Positions 9,926 through 19,938 of a DNA stretch of 64,000 bases are shown in pieces. The notes under the pieces were generated by a model, which searched no databases, was not told the origin of the DNA, and saw only the letters and a program-made list of their open reading frames with translations. Position numbers and translations under genes: made by a program. Position 1 is the stretch's first letter. Each line of letters opens with the position of its first letter. The stretch spans positions 39,143 through 103,142 of the forward strand of contig JAHEGU010000006.1 of NCBI GenBank assembly GCA_024644945.1, given 5' to 3'. Source of the DNA: Gammaproteobacteria bacterium. Its GTDB lineage: Bacteria; Pseudomonadota; Gammaproteobacteria; Arenicellales; Poriferihabitantaceae.

Positions 9926-10442
9926 CCCAGTCAAATACAGTGGTATACGCTTGCCGAAGGGCTACGCCGATATCGATGTACCCTTTTCGGACCTCGATGA
10001 GCCCTTTGTGCATGCGATTTCAGTGGGTTGGGGCGACTGCGATCCTGCACAAATCGCCTATACCGCGAATATTCCAGCTTGGAGCTTGCGGGGTATTGAA
10101 GCCTGGTACAAAGCCTGTCTCGGCATTGACTGGTACGTGATAAATCTACATTTCGGCATCGGAACACCCTTTGTTTCACTTAATTTTGAGTTTAAATCGC
10201 CTATAACACCGTTGGGGGATCTTCTGATTTCTGTCTATGTGGACAGATTAGGAGGGTCCTCTATCAGTCATTGTGTAGAAGGCCATCAGAACGGGGCGCT
10301 GTGTTTCACAGGGATAACCGTGGCGGCATTCGTAGATGCTTCGACAATGAAACCAATGCCAATACCGCCAAATATGCGGCAAAGCATTCAACATTACGCG
10401 CAGATTCAGAATCGTGAATATACAAGCGGAAAACATTGCTGA
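9909..10442 (+). CDS. hotdog-fold acyl-CoA thioesterase (4HBT/YbgC-like), probable benzoyl-CoA thioesterase
   Basis: 177 aa. The segment GWGDCDPAQIAYTANIP matches the 4HBT-type catalytic Asp region. The ATG overlaps the boxA 3' end by 17 nt. A thioesterase is known in box clusters (Azoarcus). Confidence 0.65.
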   Translation: MSKPTDPVKYSGIRLPKGYADIDVPFSDLDEPFVHAISVGWGDCDPAQIAYTANIPAWSLRGIEAWYKACLGIDWYVINLHFGIGTPFVSLNFEFKSPITPLGDLLISVYVDRLGGSSISHCVEGHQNGALCFTGITVAAFVDASTMKPMPIPPNMRQSIQHYAQIQNREYTSGKHC

Positions 10443-11310
10443 AACTGATCTCGGAAAAGCCCAACAATTTCTATTTCAAGTGGGGAGCCGAGTTAGAGCC
10501 GCTCGAAGTCGAGCCGGTCTTACCCGCAAACAGCTATCACAGGCATGCGGCGTTTCAGAACGTCATCTTGCCCAGGTCGAAACCGGCAAAGGCAATATTT
10601 CAATCCGATTGCTGCGCCAGATTGCGGCTGCAATCCAGACACCTGTGGAGCAACTAGTCCGGCAGGATGGCGACTTAGAAGAAATGTCGATGCTTATAGA
10701 CCGCATTGGCAAACTCGACCGCGCTGAAATGATGGAGCTACTGAACCAGGTAGACCAATGGATGGTCGAACGCAAATCCCAGGACAAGCAGGGCCGCATC
10801 GCTCTTATCGGTCTCAAGGGGGCAGGTAAAAGTACCATTGGCGCTCGTTCAGCACAGCAGCTTAGTATCCCGTTTATCGAGCTTGATAACGAGATCACTC
10901 GCGAGAGCGGACTATCCGTAGAAGAAATTTTTTCGCTTTATGGAGAACAGCGCTATCGAGAGCTGGAATCCGAATGTCTAAAAAAAGTTATTGCCCAGAA
11001 CCAGCGGTTTATCTTAACCGTTGCTGGAGGGATCGTCTCTAACCTCGATACCTATACAGAGCTACTCAGATCCTTTCATACCGTGTGGCTTAGCGCAGCA
11101 CCGGAAGAACATATGGGCCGGGTGATGGCTAACGGCGATCGCAGAGCAGTGGAAGGCAATCCTGATGCAATGGATAATTTGAAAGCTTTACTCGCAACCC
11201 GCCAGTCATTGTACAAGCGAGCACAATTTCAGTTAGAAACCAGCAATAAAGGCATCAGCGAATGCGGTGAAGAGTTAACAAAGTTGATTCAGCCTTTAAT
11301 TCGATCCTAA
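10414..11310 (+). CDS. boxR: BoxR/BzdR-type regulator (XRE HTH + shikimate-kinase-like domain)
   Basis: 298 aa. N-terminal HTH (LTRKQLSQACGVSERHLAQVETGKGN) and a C-terminal P-loop GLKGAGKSTIG with a shikimate-kinase-like fold. The GTG start overlaps the thioesterase 3' end. Confidence 0.75.
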   Translation: MNIQAENIAETDLGKAQQFLFQVGSRVRAARSRAGLTRKQLSQACGVSERHLAQVETGKGNISIRLLRQIAAAIQTPVEQLVRQDGDLEEMSMLIDRIGKLDRAEMMELLNQVDQWMVERKSQDKQGRIALIGLKGAGKSTIGARSAQQLSIPFIELDNEITRESGLSVEEIFSLYGEQRYRELESECLKKVIAQNQRFILTVAGGIVSNLDTYTELLRSFHTVWLSAAPEEHMGRVMANGDRRAVEGNPDAMDNLKALLATRQSLYKRAQFQLETSNKGISECGEELTKLIQPLIRS

Positions 11311-11379
11311 ATAGATCGTTATAAAATGATTGAGTTTCTGTCGAGATGTTTTAAAGGCTGATACAAAGTTATTGATCTC

Positions 11380-12042
11380 ATGGAATCAGATTTCTGGCAC
11401 CAGCGCTGGTCTGAAAACCAGATTGGTTTTCACCAGGAAAACATTAATTCAAGATTGATTAAACTATGGCCCAAAACCGGGCTACAGTGCGGAGATAAAG
11501 TATTTGTGCCACTCTGTGGCAAATCCAAAGATATGCTCTGGCTGGCCGAGCACACACACCCATTGCTGGGAGTTGAGCTAAGCGCAATCGCATGCCGAGA
11601 CTTCTTTAAAGACAACGGGATCAATTATCTGACAACGCAAGAAGGCAAATTTGAAGTCTTTCGTGACGACACCGACACTATCGAACTTTGGTCAGGGGAT
11701 TTTTTTGAGCTTTCGATGGAGCACTTGTCAGGCGTTGCTGGAGTTTATGATCGCGCATCCCTTATTGCACTTCCTCCATCAATGCGAAAGAAGTATGCCG
11801 CACATCTAGGATCGATCTTAGAATCCAGAACAAAGGTATTGCTGATTGCCATGGAGTACGATGAGAAAAAGATGAAGGGACCCCCATTTTCTGTCCCAGA
11901 AGAGGAGGTAAGAACTCTATTCAACAAAGATTTTACTCTTGAGCAAATATCCGAATCATCTGGTCCAGATATTGTCGGCAATCTGAAACAGCGTGGGCTA
12001 AATACACTTACTGAAAAAATCTTTCTGCTCGAACGCAGATAA
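11380..12042 (+). CDS. tpm: thiopurine S-methyltransferase family (Tpm)
   Basis: 220 aa. N-terminal FWHQRWSENQIGFHQ and VFVPLCGKSKDMLWLA are characteristic of the TPMT family. Confidence 0.8.
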   Translation: MESDFWHQRWSENQIGFHQENINSRLIKLWPKTGLQCGDKVFVPLCGKSKDMLWLAEHTHPLLGVELSAIACRDFFKDNGINYLTTQEGKFEVFRDDTDTIELWSGDFFELSMEHLSGVAGVYDRASLIALPPSMRKKYAAHLGSILESRTKVLLIAMEYDEKKMKGPPFSVPEEEVRTLFNKDFTLEQISESSGPDIVGNLKQRGLNTLTEKIFLLERR

Positions 12043-12061
12043 TCACGGTAATACGATTAGA

Positions 12062-12724
12062 TCAGGCGTATTTGCGGTCTTGTTCGATATTATCCATAAA
12101 CTCCTCGTCCAACAGTGAGTCACCAAGTGAATCCACCTGCTCCCCAAGCTGCTGGCCGATGTGACGTAATTCGTTCTGAACGAAATCACTTTCCATCAGT
12201 TTCTGCTCAAACTCCTCTCTGGATTTTTTCAAGAGCTTTTTCTGTTGACCAATTTCACGAGCCAGCAGGCCGAGCTTAGCCAGTAGATCGTGTAATTGCT
12301 GTTCGCGCTCCTGAATCTTTGCCCGATCTTTATGGCGTGAACTCTTAAGCTGTTTTTTAACACGCTGATTGGCCTCGATCTCCAACCTTTTGATCTGTTG
12401 GCGATAGGCATCCTTTAATCTCGCATGTTCCTTGCTGCGCTGCCTGGCAAATTCGTGCCGTAATGCAGCCACAAGGGTCTGAATGGCTGACTCCAAATAA
12501 TCGCCATCACTGTCTGGTTGCGCGAAAAAATCAGTCGGCGGGCCAGAGGGTTCTGAGTCAGATTCAATATCGGTTTCGGTTTCGGATTCTGAATCAGGCT
12601 CGGATTCAGGATCGAGCCGACTACTTTGTGTCAAACTGGAAAGCGTTTCTTTGTATGCCTCCACCAACTCACTTTCAGCCTCTCCAGAGGAATCCCCGGA
12701 TAGGGTCGGGTCTTCAGCAGCCAT
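12062..12724 (-). CDS. hypothetical acidic / coiled-coil protein
   Basis: 220 aa from the ATG at 12724, with GAGAGG 7 nt upstream. The N-terminal third is extremely acidic (ESEPDSESETETDIESDSEP). The C-terminal two-thirds is heptad-like and K/R/E/Q-rich. I recognise no family. Confidence 0.5.
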   Translation of the reverse strand: MAAEDPTLSGDSSGEAESELVEAYKETLSSLTQSSRLDPESEPDSESETETDIESDSEPSGPPTDFFAQPDSDGDYLESAIQTLVAALRHEFARQRSKEHARLKDAYRQQIKRLEIEANQRVKKQLKSSRHKDRAKIQEREQQLHDLLAKLGLLAREIGQQKKLLKKSREEFEQKLMESDFVQNELRHIGQQLGEQVDSLGDSLLDEEFMDNIEQDRKYA

Positions 12725-13053
12725 AAGGCGACCTCTCATGTTGTTTGTTATCTTTGAAGCGTATGTTAATCATTCAAAATGCCAATTCCCGTCGACATAG
12801 AATGATCAGTCAAATCGGAAAATCAAGCCATCAGCGCTGTTTCCCCCGATTTACTTATCATATCAAAAACAGTTCAGATTGACACCCTAAAGGGATTTTA
12901 TTGGAATTTTCTGAAAAATCATAAAACGTTTATAAATCAACCATATAAATCGCTTACATTACGGGTATTTAACAAGAAATTGTGAACCGAGGGACCCCTG
13001 CGAATCAAGTACAGCCACAACATGGCGCACCTGAAACGCAGGAGAGGATCGGC

Positions 13054-14154
13054 TTAACTGTAGCGATAAGGTACGCCGGCCTGTTCCATAACCGCTGTAT
13101 AGTCCTTGAAAATCTGCACTACCCGCGCAGCCCGGGGACTGATGGAAGCCAGTTCGTCCCAGAATTCTTCCGCGTCCTTGACCACGGTATCCCACTCTTC
13201 TGCAGGTATTTCAGTGAGCTCCATTTTCTTGCCTTCGACACGCAGCTTGGCCTCTCCACCCCAGTACCAGATCTGTCGGTAATAATGGGAACTGTCGATG
13301 GAAAGCTTGAATAGCTCCTGAAGATGGGGCGGTACCGCTTCCCAGCTCTTGGTGTTGGCAAAATAAGATCCACACCACGCACCGGTAACATTGTTGAGCA
13401 GAGCGTAGTTACAAACGTCAGCCCAGCCAACCTCATATGCCTCAGTAAAACCGCACCAGGCGACACCGTCAAGTTCACCGGTCTGAATTGCGACTTCGAT
13501 ATCGTCCCACGGTAGGGTGACCGGTACCAGGCCATAGCGAGATAGAAATCTACCTGCAGTGGGTACACCGAACACTCGCTTTCCTTTCATATCGGCAAGA
13601 CTGCGGATGGGGTCCTTGGTGAAAATGTGACACGGATCCCACGCCCCTGCACTGATCCATTCGACACCTTTGACCTCACCATAAGCTTCGGCCCAGATCT
13701 CATCCATGCCGTAATATTTAAAAAGAACCGGAAGATCGAGACTGTAGCGGGTTGAAAACGGGAAGTACCCACCAAATACGTTGATATCCACTGGCGATGC
13801 CATGGTGGCGTCATCACTCTGGACCGCATCGATCGTACCGTTTTGCATTGAGCGAAACAGTTCATCTGTGGGCACAAGTTGATCAGCGTAGTACAGTTCA
13901 ATTTCCATCTGGCCATGCGCTGCCTTGTTGAAGGCCTCGATCTGTGGTTTGATGACATGAGCGCCGAGCGGCGCACCGGAATAAGTCTGCAATCGCCACT
14001 TAATCGGATTGGACTGCGAAAATGCGTAGGGTGCGGTGGCCGCTGCGAGTGCGCCTGCGGTACCGGTGCTGGCCTTCTTAATGAAGTCGCGACGGCTGGT
14101 GGATTTAGTTTGTAGTAGTGGTTTACTGTCTTTATTTTTACTGTCTTTCATCAT
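13054..14154 (-). CDS. TRAP transporter substrate-binding protein (DctP type) with Tat signal
   Basis: 366 aa from the ATGATG at 14154, with AGAGGAG just upstream. Twin-arginine signal SRRDFIKKASTGTAGALAAATAPYAFS. DctP-like body. Confidence 0.85.
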   Translation of the reverse strand: MMKDSKNKDSKPLLQTKSTSRRDFIKKASTGTAGALAAATAPYAFSQSNPIKWRLQTYSGAPLGAHVIKPQIEAFNKAAHGQMEIELYYADQLVPTDELFRSMQNGTIDAVQSDDATMASPVDINVFGGYFPFSTRYSLDLPVLFKYYGMDEIWAEAYGEVKGVEWISAGAWDPCHIFTKDPIRSLADMKGKRVFGVPTAGRFLSRYGLVPVTLPWDDIEVAIQTGELDGVAWCGFTEAYEVGWADVCNYALLNNVTGAWCGSYFANTKSWEAVPPHLQELFKLSIDSSHYYRQIWYWGGEAKLRVEGKKMELTEIPAEEWDTVVKDAEEFWDELASISPRAARVVQIFKDYTAVMEQAGVPYRYS

Positions 14155-14188
14155 TTTCTCCTCTTTGGTTGGAAACATTGCGTATGGG

Positions 14189-15511
14189 TCACCGGGCATA
14201 AAACTGCTCTGGTAACCACATTGCAATTTGTGGGAACGCCATTACCAATATAAGTGCAAGCGTCATTACCATTACAAATGGAATAATCGAACGGTAAATA
14301 TCAGCCAGGCTGATCTCTTTAGGCGCCATGGCCCTCATGAGAAACAGATTGTATCCGAACGGTGGTGTCATGTAGGCAATCTGGCAGGTGATCGTATATA
14401 AAACGCCATACCATACCGGGTCAAATCCAAGTACTTTAACGAGCGGCACGTAGAGCGGTGCCACGATGACCAGCATTGCAGTGTCGTCGAGAAACATCCC
14501 CATAACCAGGTACGAGAGCTGCATCATAATCAACACTTCCCAAGGGGTCAGATCCCACTTAGTGATAAATAATGACTCGATCGCTCTGACCGCGCCGATG
14601 CCATCGAACACAGCACCAAAGCAAAGTGCCGCCAAAATTATCCACATGAACATGCAGGAAATACCCAAAGTCTTGCGCATGGTTTCCTCCATGACCTGCT
14701 TGGTCAAACGCCTTTTGGCAAGGGCCGCCAGGGTTGCGGCCGTGGCGCCTACTGCGGAACTCTCTACCAGACTAGTAATCCCCATGACGAACAAGCCGGT
14801 CATCGTGAAGAAAATCAGGAATGGAGTTATTCCGGCCCCGAGCAGTTTTAACTTCTCGACCATAGGCATTTTGAGCTCTTCCTCGCTCACTGTGGGCCCG
14901 AGGTGTGGTTGAATTCGACAGCGAATAACAATATAGATAATAAACATCGCCGCCATCATCAAACCCGGAACGGCGCCGGCTAGCCAAAGCTTGCCCACCG
15001 GTTGGCGAGCAATCATCCCGTATAACACCAGCACTACACTCGGCGGCACCAGAATACCGAGAGAACTCCCTGCCTGGACAACACCTGTGATCATCGTCTT
15101 GTCATAGCCCCGCCGCAACATCTCGGGCAGTGCAATAGTCGCACCAATCGCCATGCCAGCAACGCTCAGGCCGTTCATTGCCGAAATGACCACCATCAAT
15201 CCTATAGTACCAACCGCCAGACCGCCTTTAAGCCCGCCAAACCAGACATGAAACATCCGATATAGATCATCCGCAATACCCGATTCAGACAGGATGTAAC
15301 CCATGTATATAAACAATGGCAGGGTTAGCAGCGGATACCAATTAAACAGTTTAAACGCAGCATTGAACGGCATCTCTATAGCGCCCTGTCCATACAACAT
15401 CAACGCCGCCGCTGCGGATACAAAACCAATCGCTCCAAACACACGCTGACCGGTCAACAGCATCAGCAGCATCGATGAAAACATCAAGATCGCAATGGAC
15501 TCGTAGCTCAT
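14189..15511 (-). CDS. TRAP transporter large permease (DctM family)
   Basis: 440 aa polytopic membrane protein with typical DctM length and composition. ATGA overlap with the upstream dctQ-like gene. Confidence 0.9.
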   Translation of the reverse strand: MSYESIAILMFSSMLLMLLTGQRVFGAIGFVSAAAALMLYGQGAIEMPFNAAFKLFNWYPLLTLPLFIYMGYILSESGIADDLYRMFHVWFGGLKGGLAVGTIGLMVVISAMNGLSVAGMAIGATIALPEMLRRGYDKTMITGVVQAGSSLGILVPPSVVLVLYGMIARQPVGKLWLAGAVPGLMMAAMFIIYIVIRCRIQPHLGPTVSEEELKMPMVEKLKLLGAGITPFLIFFTMTGLFVMGITSLVESSAVGATAATLAALAKRRLTKQVMEETMRKTLGISCMFMWIILAALCFGAVFDGIGAVRAIESLFITKWDLTPWEVLIMMQLSYLVMGMFLDDTAMLVIVAPLYVPLVKVLGFDPVWYGVLYTITCQIAYMTPPFGYNLFLMRAMAPKEISLADIYRSIIPFVMVMTLALILVMAFPQIAMWLPEQFYAR

Positions 15512-16065
15512 TTGAAATCAATTCCCCTTGCTTTAGCGATGTCTTTGAATAACGTCGATATGGTTTGCAGCAACATCAGGATGATGCCGAAAACCATGAT
15601 GACCTTAATCGGGATCATCGAGGGATTCCACTGCGAAAACTTGCGCTGGTCATACTCAATCGCATAGATCGTACTTGAGATTGAACCTACCAGCAGACAC
15701 ACAAGGTAAAATATGAGGAACAGGGTTGTGAAACTGTCAATCCTGGCTTTGGTTCGATCAGAGCAATGATCGTAAACAAGATCCATACGCACGTGAGCGT
15801 TTAATTGCATCGAGTAAGCACCGCCCACTATGTAGTAGGCCGTCATCGTGAACTGTGCAAGCTCCACAGTCCAAGAGAGAGGTATATTGATAATATTTCT
15901 GGTAATTGCGCCCAAAAGAAGTGTTCCAATCATCAGAAATATGGAATACATCGCAAGTCGCCCGAATTTGGTTGATGCGTAGTCGACGTACTTGACATAA
16001 CTCACAATAAACTTCGGCATCTTATTCTTATTTTCCTCCGGTTTTTCTGGCATCGGTTCTTCCAT
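15508..16065 (-). CDS. TRAP transporter small permease (DctQ family)
   Basis: 185 aa with four predicted TM segments, translationally coupled to the large permease. Confidence 0.8.
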   Translation of the reverse strand: MEEPMPEKPEENKNKMPKFIVSYVKYVDYASTKFGRLAMYSIFLMIGTLLLGAITRNIINIPLSWTVELAQFTMTAYYIVGGAYSMQLNAHVRMDLVYDHCSDRTKARIDSFTTLFLIFYLVCLLVGSISSTIYAIEYDQRKFSQWNPSMIPIKVIMVFGIILMLLQTISTLFKDIAKARGIDFK

Positions 16066-16080
16066 TGCGACTATATCACT

Positions 16081-16431
16081 TCAACCGCGTCGAGTTGCAG
16101 CGCTTGCATTAATGCAGACCCGGGGTTGGGTATCGATAGTTATTGTTTGCTCTGGCGAGGCCATCGCCACGGCTTTTTTTGCAATCTCCCATTTAGCGGC
16201 AACATTGTCTCCAAGGCGCTGCGGCAAAGGACCTTTTCCCTCGGTTAAGGGTATAGTGGCTCCTGCGTGCATTTTCTTCACATTTTCCACATTCGCGAGG
16301 ACATTCAGATCACGCCTGATCGTCTCTGCGGAGGACTCAAACTTTGTGCACAGCTCCTCTACGCTCACCGTACCAACCTGTCGCACCAAGCCGGCTATCA
16401 TGGATTGTCTTTGTCTTAAACGCACAACCAA
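16081..16431 (-). pseudogene. truncated DeoR-family regulator (HTH domain only)
   Basis: RQ..I...V...GTVSVEELCTKFESSAETIRRDLNVL...HAGA is a DeoR N-terminal HTH. Similarity to the family ends at ..KAVAMASPEQTITIDT, where the sugar-phosphate sensor domain should begin. It is followed by an unrelated 15-aa tail and a stop 15 nt before dctQ. Confidence 0.6.
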
Positions 16432-16784
16432 TTATTTATTAGAAATTTCCCACTCGGGCAGTCAGCATTATTCCAACGAGAGTCCAGATTATCAAGGCCG
16501 CATTATCTGCGACCCCATTTCAGTATCAATTTAATCTTCACTACCAAGAATCAAAACTATCCGTATAAACATGACTGAGTGTTCTAATTATACTGCCCGT
16601 ATAGTCATTTATTTGTAAAATGAATTGGTCTATCACTGGATACCGGCCCTCTGGATAGGTTGCAGGCAGTGCTCGAAAGCGTCGCCATGCGGGTTGTGGA
16701 AGTGATCAATACGATGAGCGGCGGCAAGTGGACCGAATCTTCAGGCCGTGTCGTATCCCCGCAACTGGGGAATAGACCGAAGGA

Positions 16785-17663
16785 TCATCCGAACTGACTT
16801 GTGAATTCACCATATACCCGCTCAAACCGCTGCTCATTACCCCGCGTATACGCCACGTAGTCAAAATCAATCTTGGAATAAATTTCAGAAACCATAGACC
16901 ACATCGTTTCCCGCAATAAAGACGCGCATTTCATCGCCGAGTATCGATACCAGAGTTGATCATCTACTGGATGCCCAAAGTACTGCTCCAGCATATTTTT
17001 CTCACTAGCCTCCACGAACTCACTATTCGATGCCAGGTTCGCCAGATCAAACAGTGGGCTATTGAATCCCGCATAGTCAAAATCGATCAACCAAATTCTT
17101 TCACCGTCATCAATAAAATTTGCGGGTAAAAGGTCATTGTGACCGAACACAAGAACTACTGACCCCACTGCTATCTCAAGGCGCTCGGCGATCGCCATCA
17201 GATCTGGCAATTGTTTGAGATATGAACTGCCCCCCTGTTCAAGCATATTGCGATAGTGTCGTAGCACCTGAAAGACCCAGAACAAAACCGGGTAACCATT
17301 AAATCTGTGAGGCATTTCACTATGAAACCGATGTACCAAATTAACTAGCCGCTGTTGATTAGTTGGGTCTCGAACGTCTTTTTCTGTAAAGACTTTGCCC
17401 TCGATAAAATCAATGACCAATACCCCAGGTTCACGATAGATTACTCTGGGCGAGAAACCGCAATCAGCCGCCACCTGGGAAGTTATGCCTTCGTTTTCAC
17501 GCCATACTAAATGCTCGGGCACGTCGTCCCCCAGTCTCACTACGAAATGCTTTTCATCCTCCTGCACCTTGAAATTAAGATTTGTCATGCCCCCACTCAA
17601 AGGCTCGACCGCCACTGGCTGCTGCCAGCAGGGCAGGTTTTTGATCTTCTCTATTTCTGCCAT
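16785..17663 (-). CDS. choline/ethanolamine kinase family (APH-fold) small-molecule kinase
   Basis: 292 aa. LSGGMTNLNFKV, Brenner motif HNDLLPANFI, and choline-kinase motif LIDFDYAGFNSPLFDLANL. Confidence 0.75.
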   Translation of the reverse strand: MAEIEKIKNLPCWQQPVAVEPLSGGMTNLNFKVQEDEKHFVVRLGDDVPEHLVWRENEGITSQVAADCGFSPRVIYREPGVLVIDFIEGKVFTEKDVRDPTNQQRLVNLVHRFHSEMPHRFNGYPVLFWVFQVLRHYRNMLEQGGSSYLKQLPDLMAIAERLEIAVGSVVLVFGHNDLLPANFIDDGERIWLIDFDYAGFNSPLFDLANLASNSEFVEASEKNMLEQYFGHPVDDQLWYRYSAMKCASLLRETMWSMVSEIYSKIDFDYVAYTRGNEQRFERVYGEFTSQFG

Positions 17664-17676
17664 CGACTACCCCTGT

Positions 17677-19887
17677 TTAATTCTGGACGGTTCTTTTTTG
17701 GTTTATCAACGCCAGCAATTCAGCTGCCGCTTCAGCATCACACATCGCTCTGTGATGCGACTCAAGACTAATTTCAAATCTTTCACACAAATTTTTGAGG
17801 CTGTAGGATTTGAACCCTGGATACCATTTACGCATCTGCGCACAGCTGCACAAGGTCGGCCGTTGATAGGTCTGTTGTAATCGTCGATATTCGTCCCCTA
17901 TAAAACTATAGTCAAATCGAACGTTATGGGCAACAAAAACCGCTCCCTCGGTGAACGCCCTGAAATCTTCTGCGATCTCGGCAAATACAGGTGCATCAGC
18001 AACCATTTTATTATTGATTCCTGTTAGATCAGTGATATTTCGCGGTATCGAGCGACACGGATTGATCAAGGACTGCCAACGGTCGATCACTTCACCATGC
18101 TGCAATTTCACAGCGGCGACCTCAGTAATTCGATTCGACGCTGACCGTCTCCCAGTGGTTTCAATGTCTACCACCACATAAATTTGTTCAGGATCAACCA
18201 CCCACTTAATTCGATTGACCTCTACCGGAAATCCTGCCTGCTCCATTGCCACAAATTGCTTCAGCTGGTTACGGCGAAGCTGGTCACCTTCAGCCTTTAT
18301 TTCAATGAAGCGTGCTCCCTTATGCTCAATCACCAGTAAGTCTGGAAAACCCGAGTGGTTGCCAGCGTAGTCCTGGGCCATGCGGCGAAGAATAACGGCT
18401 ACCGCACTTGAAGCGACGTTAGGAAGAAATGCGCGAATTTCGTCCATCATTTTGGAATTCCAACGGAAGATGCTGTTTGCAGTGCCGTACTCTCGAGTGA
18501 CGGTAGCAAGTATTGTCCGCATTGTAGCGTCGGTATCTTTTAGACCGGATAGAATTTTCTCGATCTTGGAATTAAATCGTGCATAGAATGCGCCGGTTTC
18601 TAAATTTTTCGGACGTTTTTCAAAATCATTAAAGATCGCAGAAGCCTCATCGTTATAAAGTAATTCCCAAAACAGCAGGCCAAATAATTTCTTCCACAAT
18701 CTGTTTTCAGTATGAAACACCTGAGCGCCATAAGACCGAAAGTAGTCGGCAGCGCCTTGCTCGGGAGCATCGCGATGACATTCATCGAGATTGATGACTG
18801 CGCCACTACGCAAAATATCGGTAATCCGGCTGGTGCGTTTCTTGTGGAACTTGCGTTGGTAAAAATCTGTTGCAAAGAGCAGTTCTTCATCACATGACGG
18901 ATCGTCAATCATACGCTCCAATCGAGTGCGAACCTTGTCGCGCTCTCCACTTACATACATTAGCCGGGTCAGCCGTTCGCTTGCTGGCCAGCCATCGGAT
19001 CGCCGGTATATTCGAACTGCCAGCGCCTGGTTTCCGTATTTCTCCACTTGTTCCCCGAGCTGGTAGATAGCTTGCTGACGTAATAGACTCGATTGTTCTC
19101 CGATGGCATCTGGCCAGGTGATGATACTGTCTGCAATCGATTCATAGTCCTTAGGTTCTATAGACCGGACATCACTTAATTTTTGGCAATAGAACCAGGT
19201 GCTCATTGCGGAGTCTTTATCGTCAAAGCGAGGCTTGAACGTTTTCTTAAAACCAGAAGTTTTGACTACACCCAGGTCGCGCAAAGTGAATCGAGATAAA
19301 CCCGATTCAAACTTTCCAAAATATAGAAAGAGTAGATAACCGATCTGCTCACATCTCGTTTGCACCACATAGGGTTCCAGAGCTGGCGCCATGCACGGAT
19401 GCTTGAAACTCACATTGCCCTGGGCAAATTCGACCAGGGTCGACTTGGGCCAGCTACGACGGTAGCTACCTGGAGAACACTGGTGGCTGAGCACATCCAG
19501 TAGCGCATCACGTGTTATCAATTCGAACCAGTGTTTAAGATCATCCTGAGCCACCGATCTAGAAAAACCATATTCTCTCAATCGCGCCAATTGTGCCGGA
19601 ATGTCATCGATCTCAGGATACTTGAACCGTCGGCTGTCAAACAGGCGACCACGCCGATTCAGCATTCGAACATAGAGACATTGGGCATTGCCATTGAGAA
19701 GCCTAAAATCGTCTATGAAACTTGCATGAGTCGGCTCCAACACATGGGTATACCGGTCCTCAATCACCCCAAGAAATTCGTTGAAGTGATCAAGGTAATA
19801 TCGCACCGGCAACTCCGGTGTTGCTGGATTTTGGGAAGGTGGCAGAGTCACCCGGGCTGATTCTGGAAATGGCATCGCTGGCACCAC
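17677..19887 (-). CDS. FAN1-like VRR-NUC nuclease fused to a C-terminal DEDDh (DnaQ/epsilon-like) 3'-5' exonuclease
   Basis: 736 aa. FAN1-type N-terminus (VRYYLDHFNEFL..., LYVRMLNRRG). VRR-NUC core GFPDLLVIEHKGARFIEIKAEGDQLRRNQ. Then VVDIETTG (ExoI), AHNVRFDYSF (ExoII) and HHRAMCDAEA (ExoIII). The start is either the GTG at 19887 or the ATG at 19875. Confidence 0.8.
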   Translation of the reverse strand: MVPAMPFPESARVTLPPSQNPATPELPVRYYLDHFNEFLGVIEDRYTHVLEPTHASFIDDFRLLNGNAQCLYVRMLNRRGRLFDSRRFKYPEIDDIPAQLARLREYGFSRSVAQDDLKHWFELITRDALLDVLSHQCSPGSYRRSWPKSTLVEFAQGNVSFKHPCMAPALEPYVVQTRCEQIGYLLFLYFGKFESGLSRFTLRDLGVVKTSGFKKTFKPRFDDKDSAMSTWFYCQKLSDVRSIEPKDYESIADSIITWPDAIGEQSSLLRQQAIYQLGEQVEKYGNQALAVRIYRRSDGWPASERLTRLMYVSGERDKVRTRLERMIDDPSCDEELLFATDFYQRKFHKKRTSRITDILRSGAVINLDECHRDAPEQGAADYFRSYGAQVFHTENRLWKKLFGLLFWELLYNDEASAIFNDFEKRPKNLETGAFYARFNSKIEKILSGLKDTDATMRTILATVTREYGTANSIFRWNSKMMDEIRAFLPNVASSAVAVILRRMAQDYAGNHSGFPDLLVIEHKGARFIEIKAEGDQLRRNQLKQFVAMEQAGFPVEVNRIKWVVDPEQIYVVVDIETTGRRSASNRITEVAAVKLQHGEVIDRWQSLINPCRSIPRNITDLTGINNKMVADAPVFAEIAEDFRAFTEGAVFVAHNVRFDYSFIGDEYRRLQQTYQRPTLCSCAQMRKWYPGFKSYSLKNLCERFEISLESHHRAMCDAEAAAELLALINQKRTVQN

Positions 19888-19938
19888 TCCACGTCAATTG
19901 TTTTTGAGTTCTCAAAATAGAGAACAAATTGACCTATG

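Noticed and set aside
12540-12620. Short nucleotide repeats (tcggattc / tcggtttc units) that looked like a possible tandem-repeat or CRISPR-like array
   Set aside because: They are in frame within the acidic protein gene and simply encode the E/S/D/P-rich low-complexity arm. There is no spacer-repeat periodicity.
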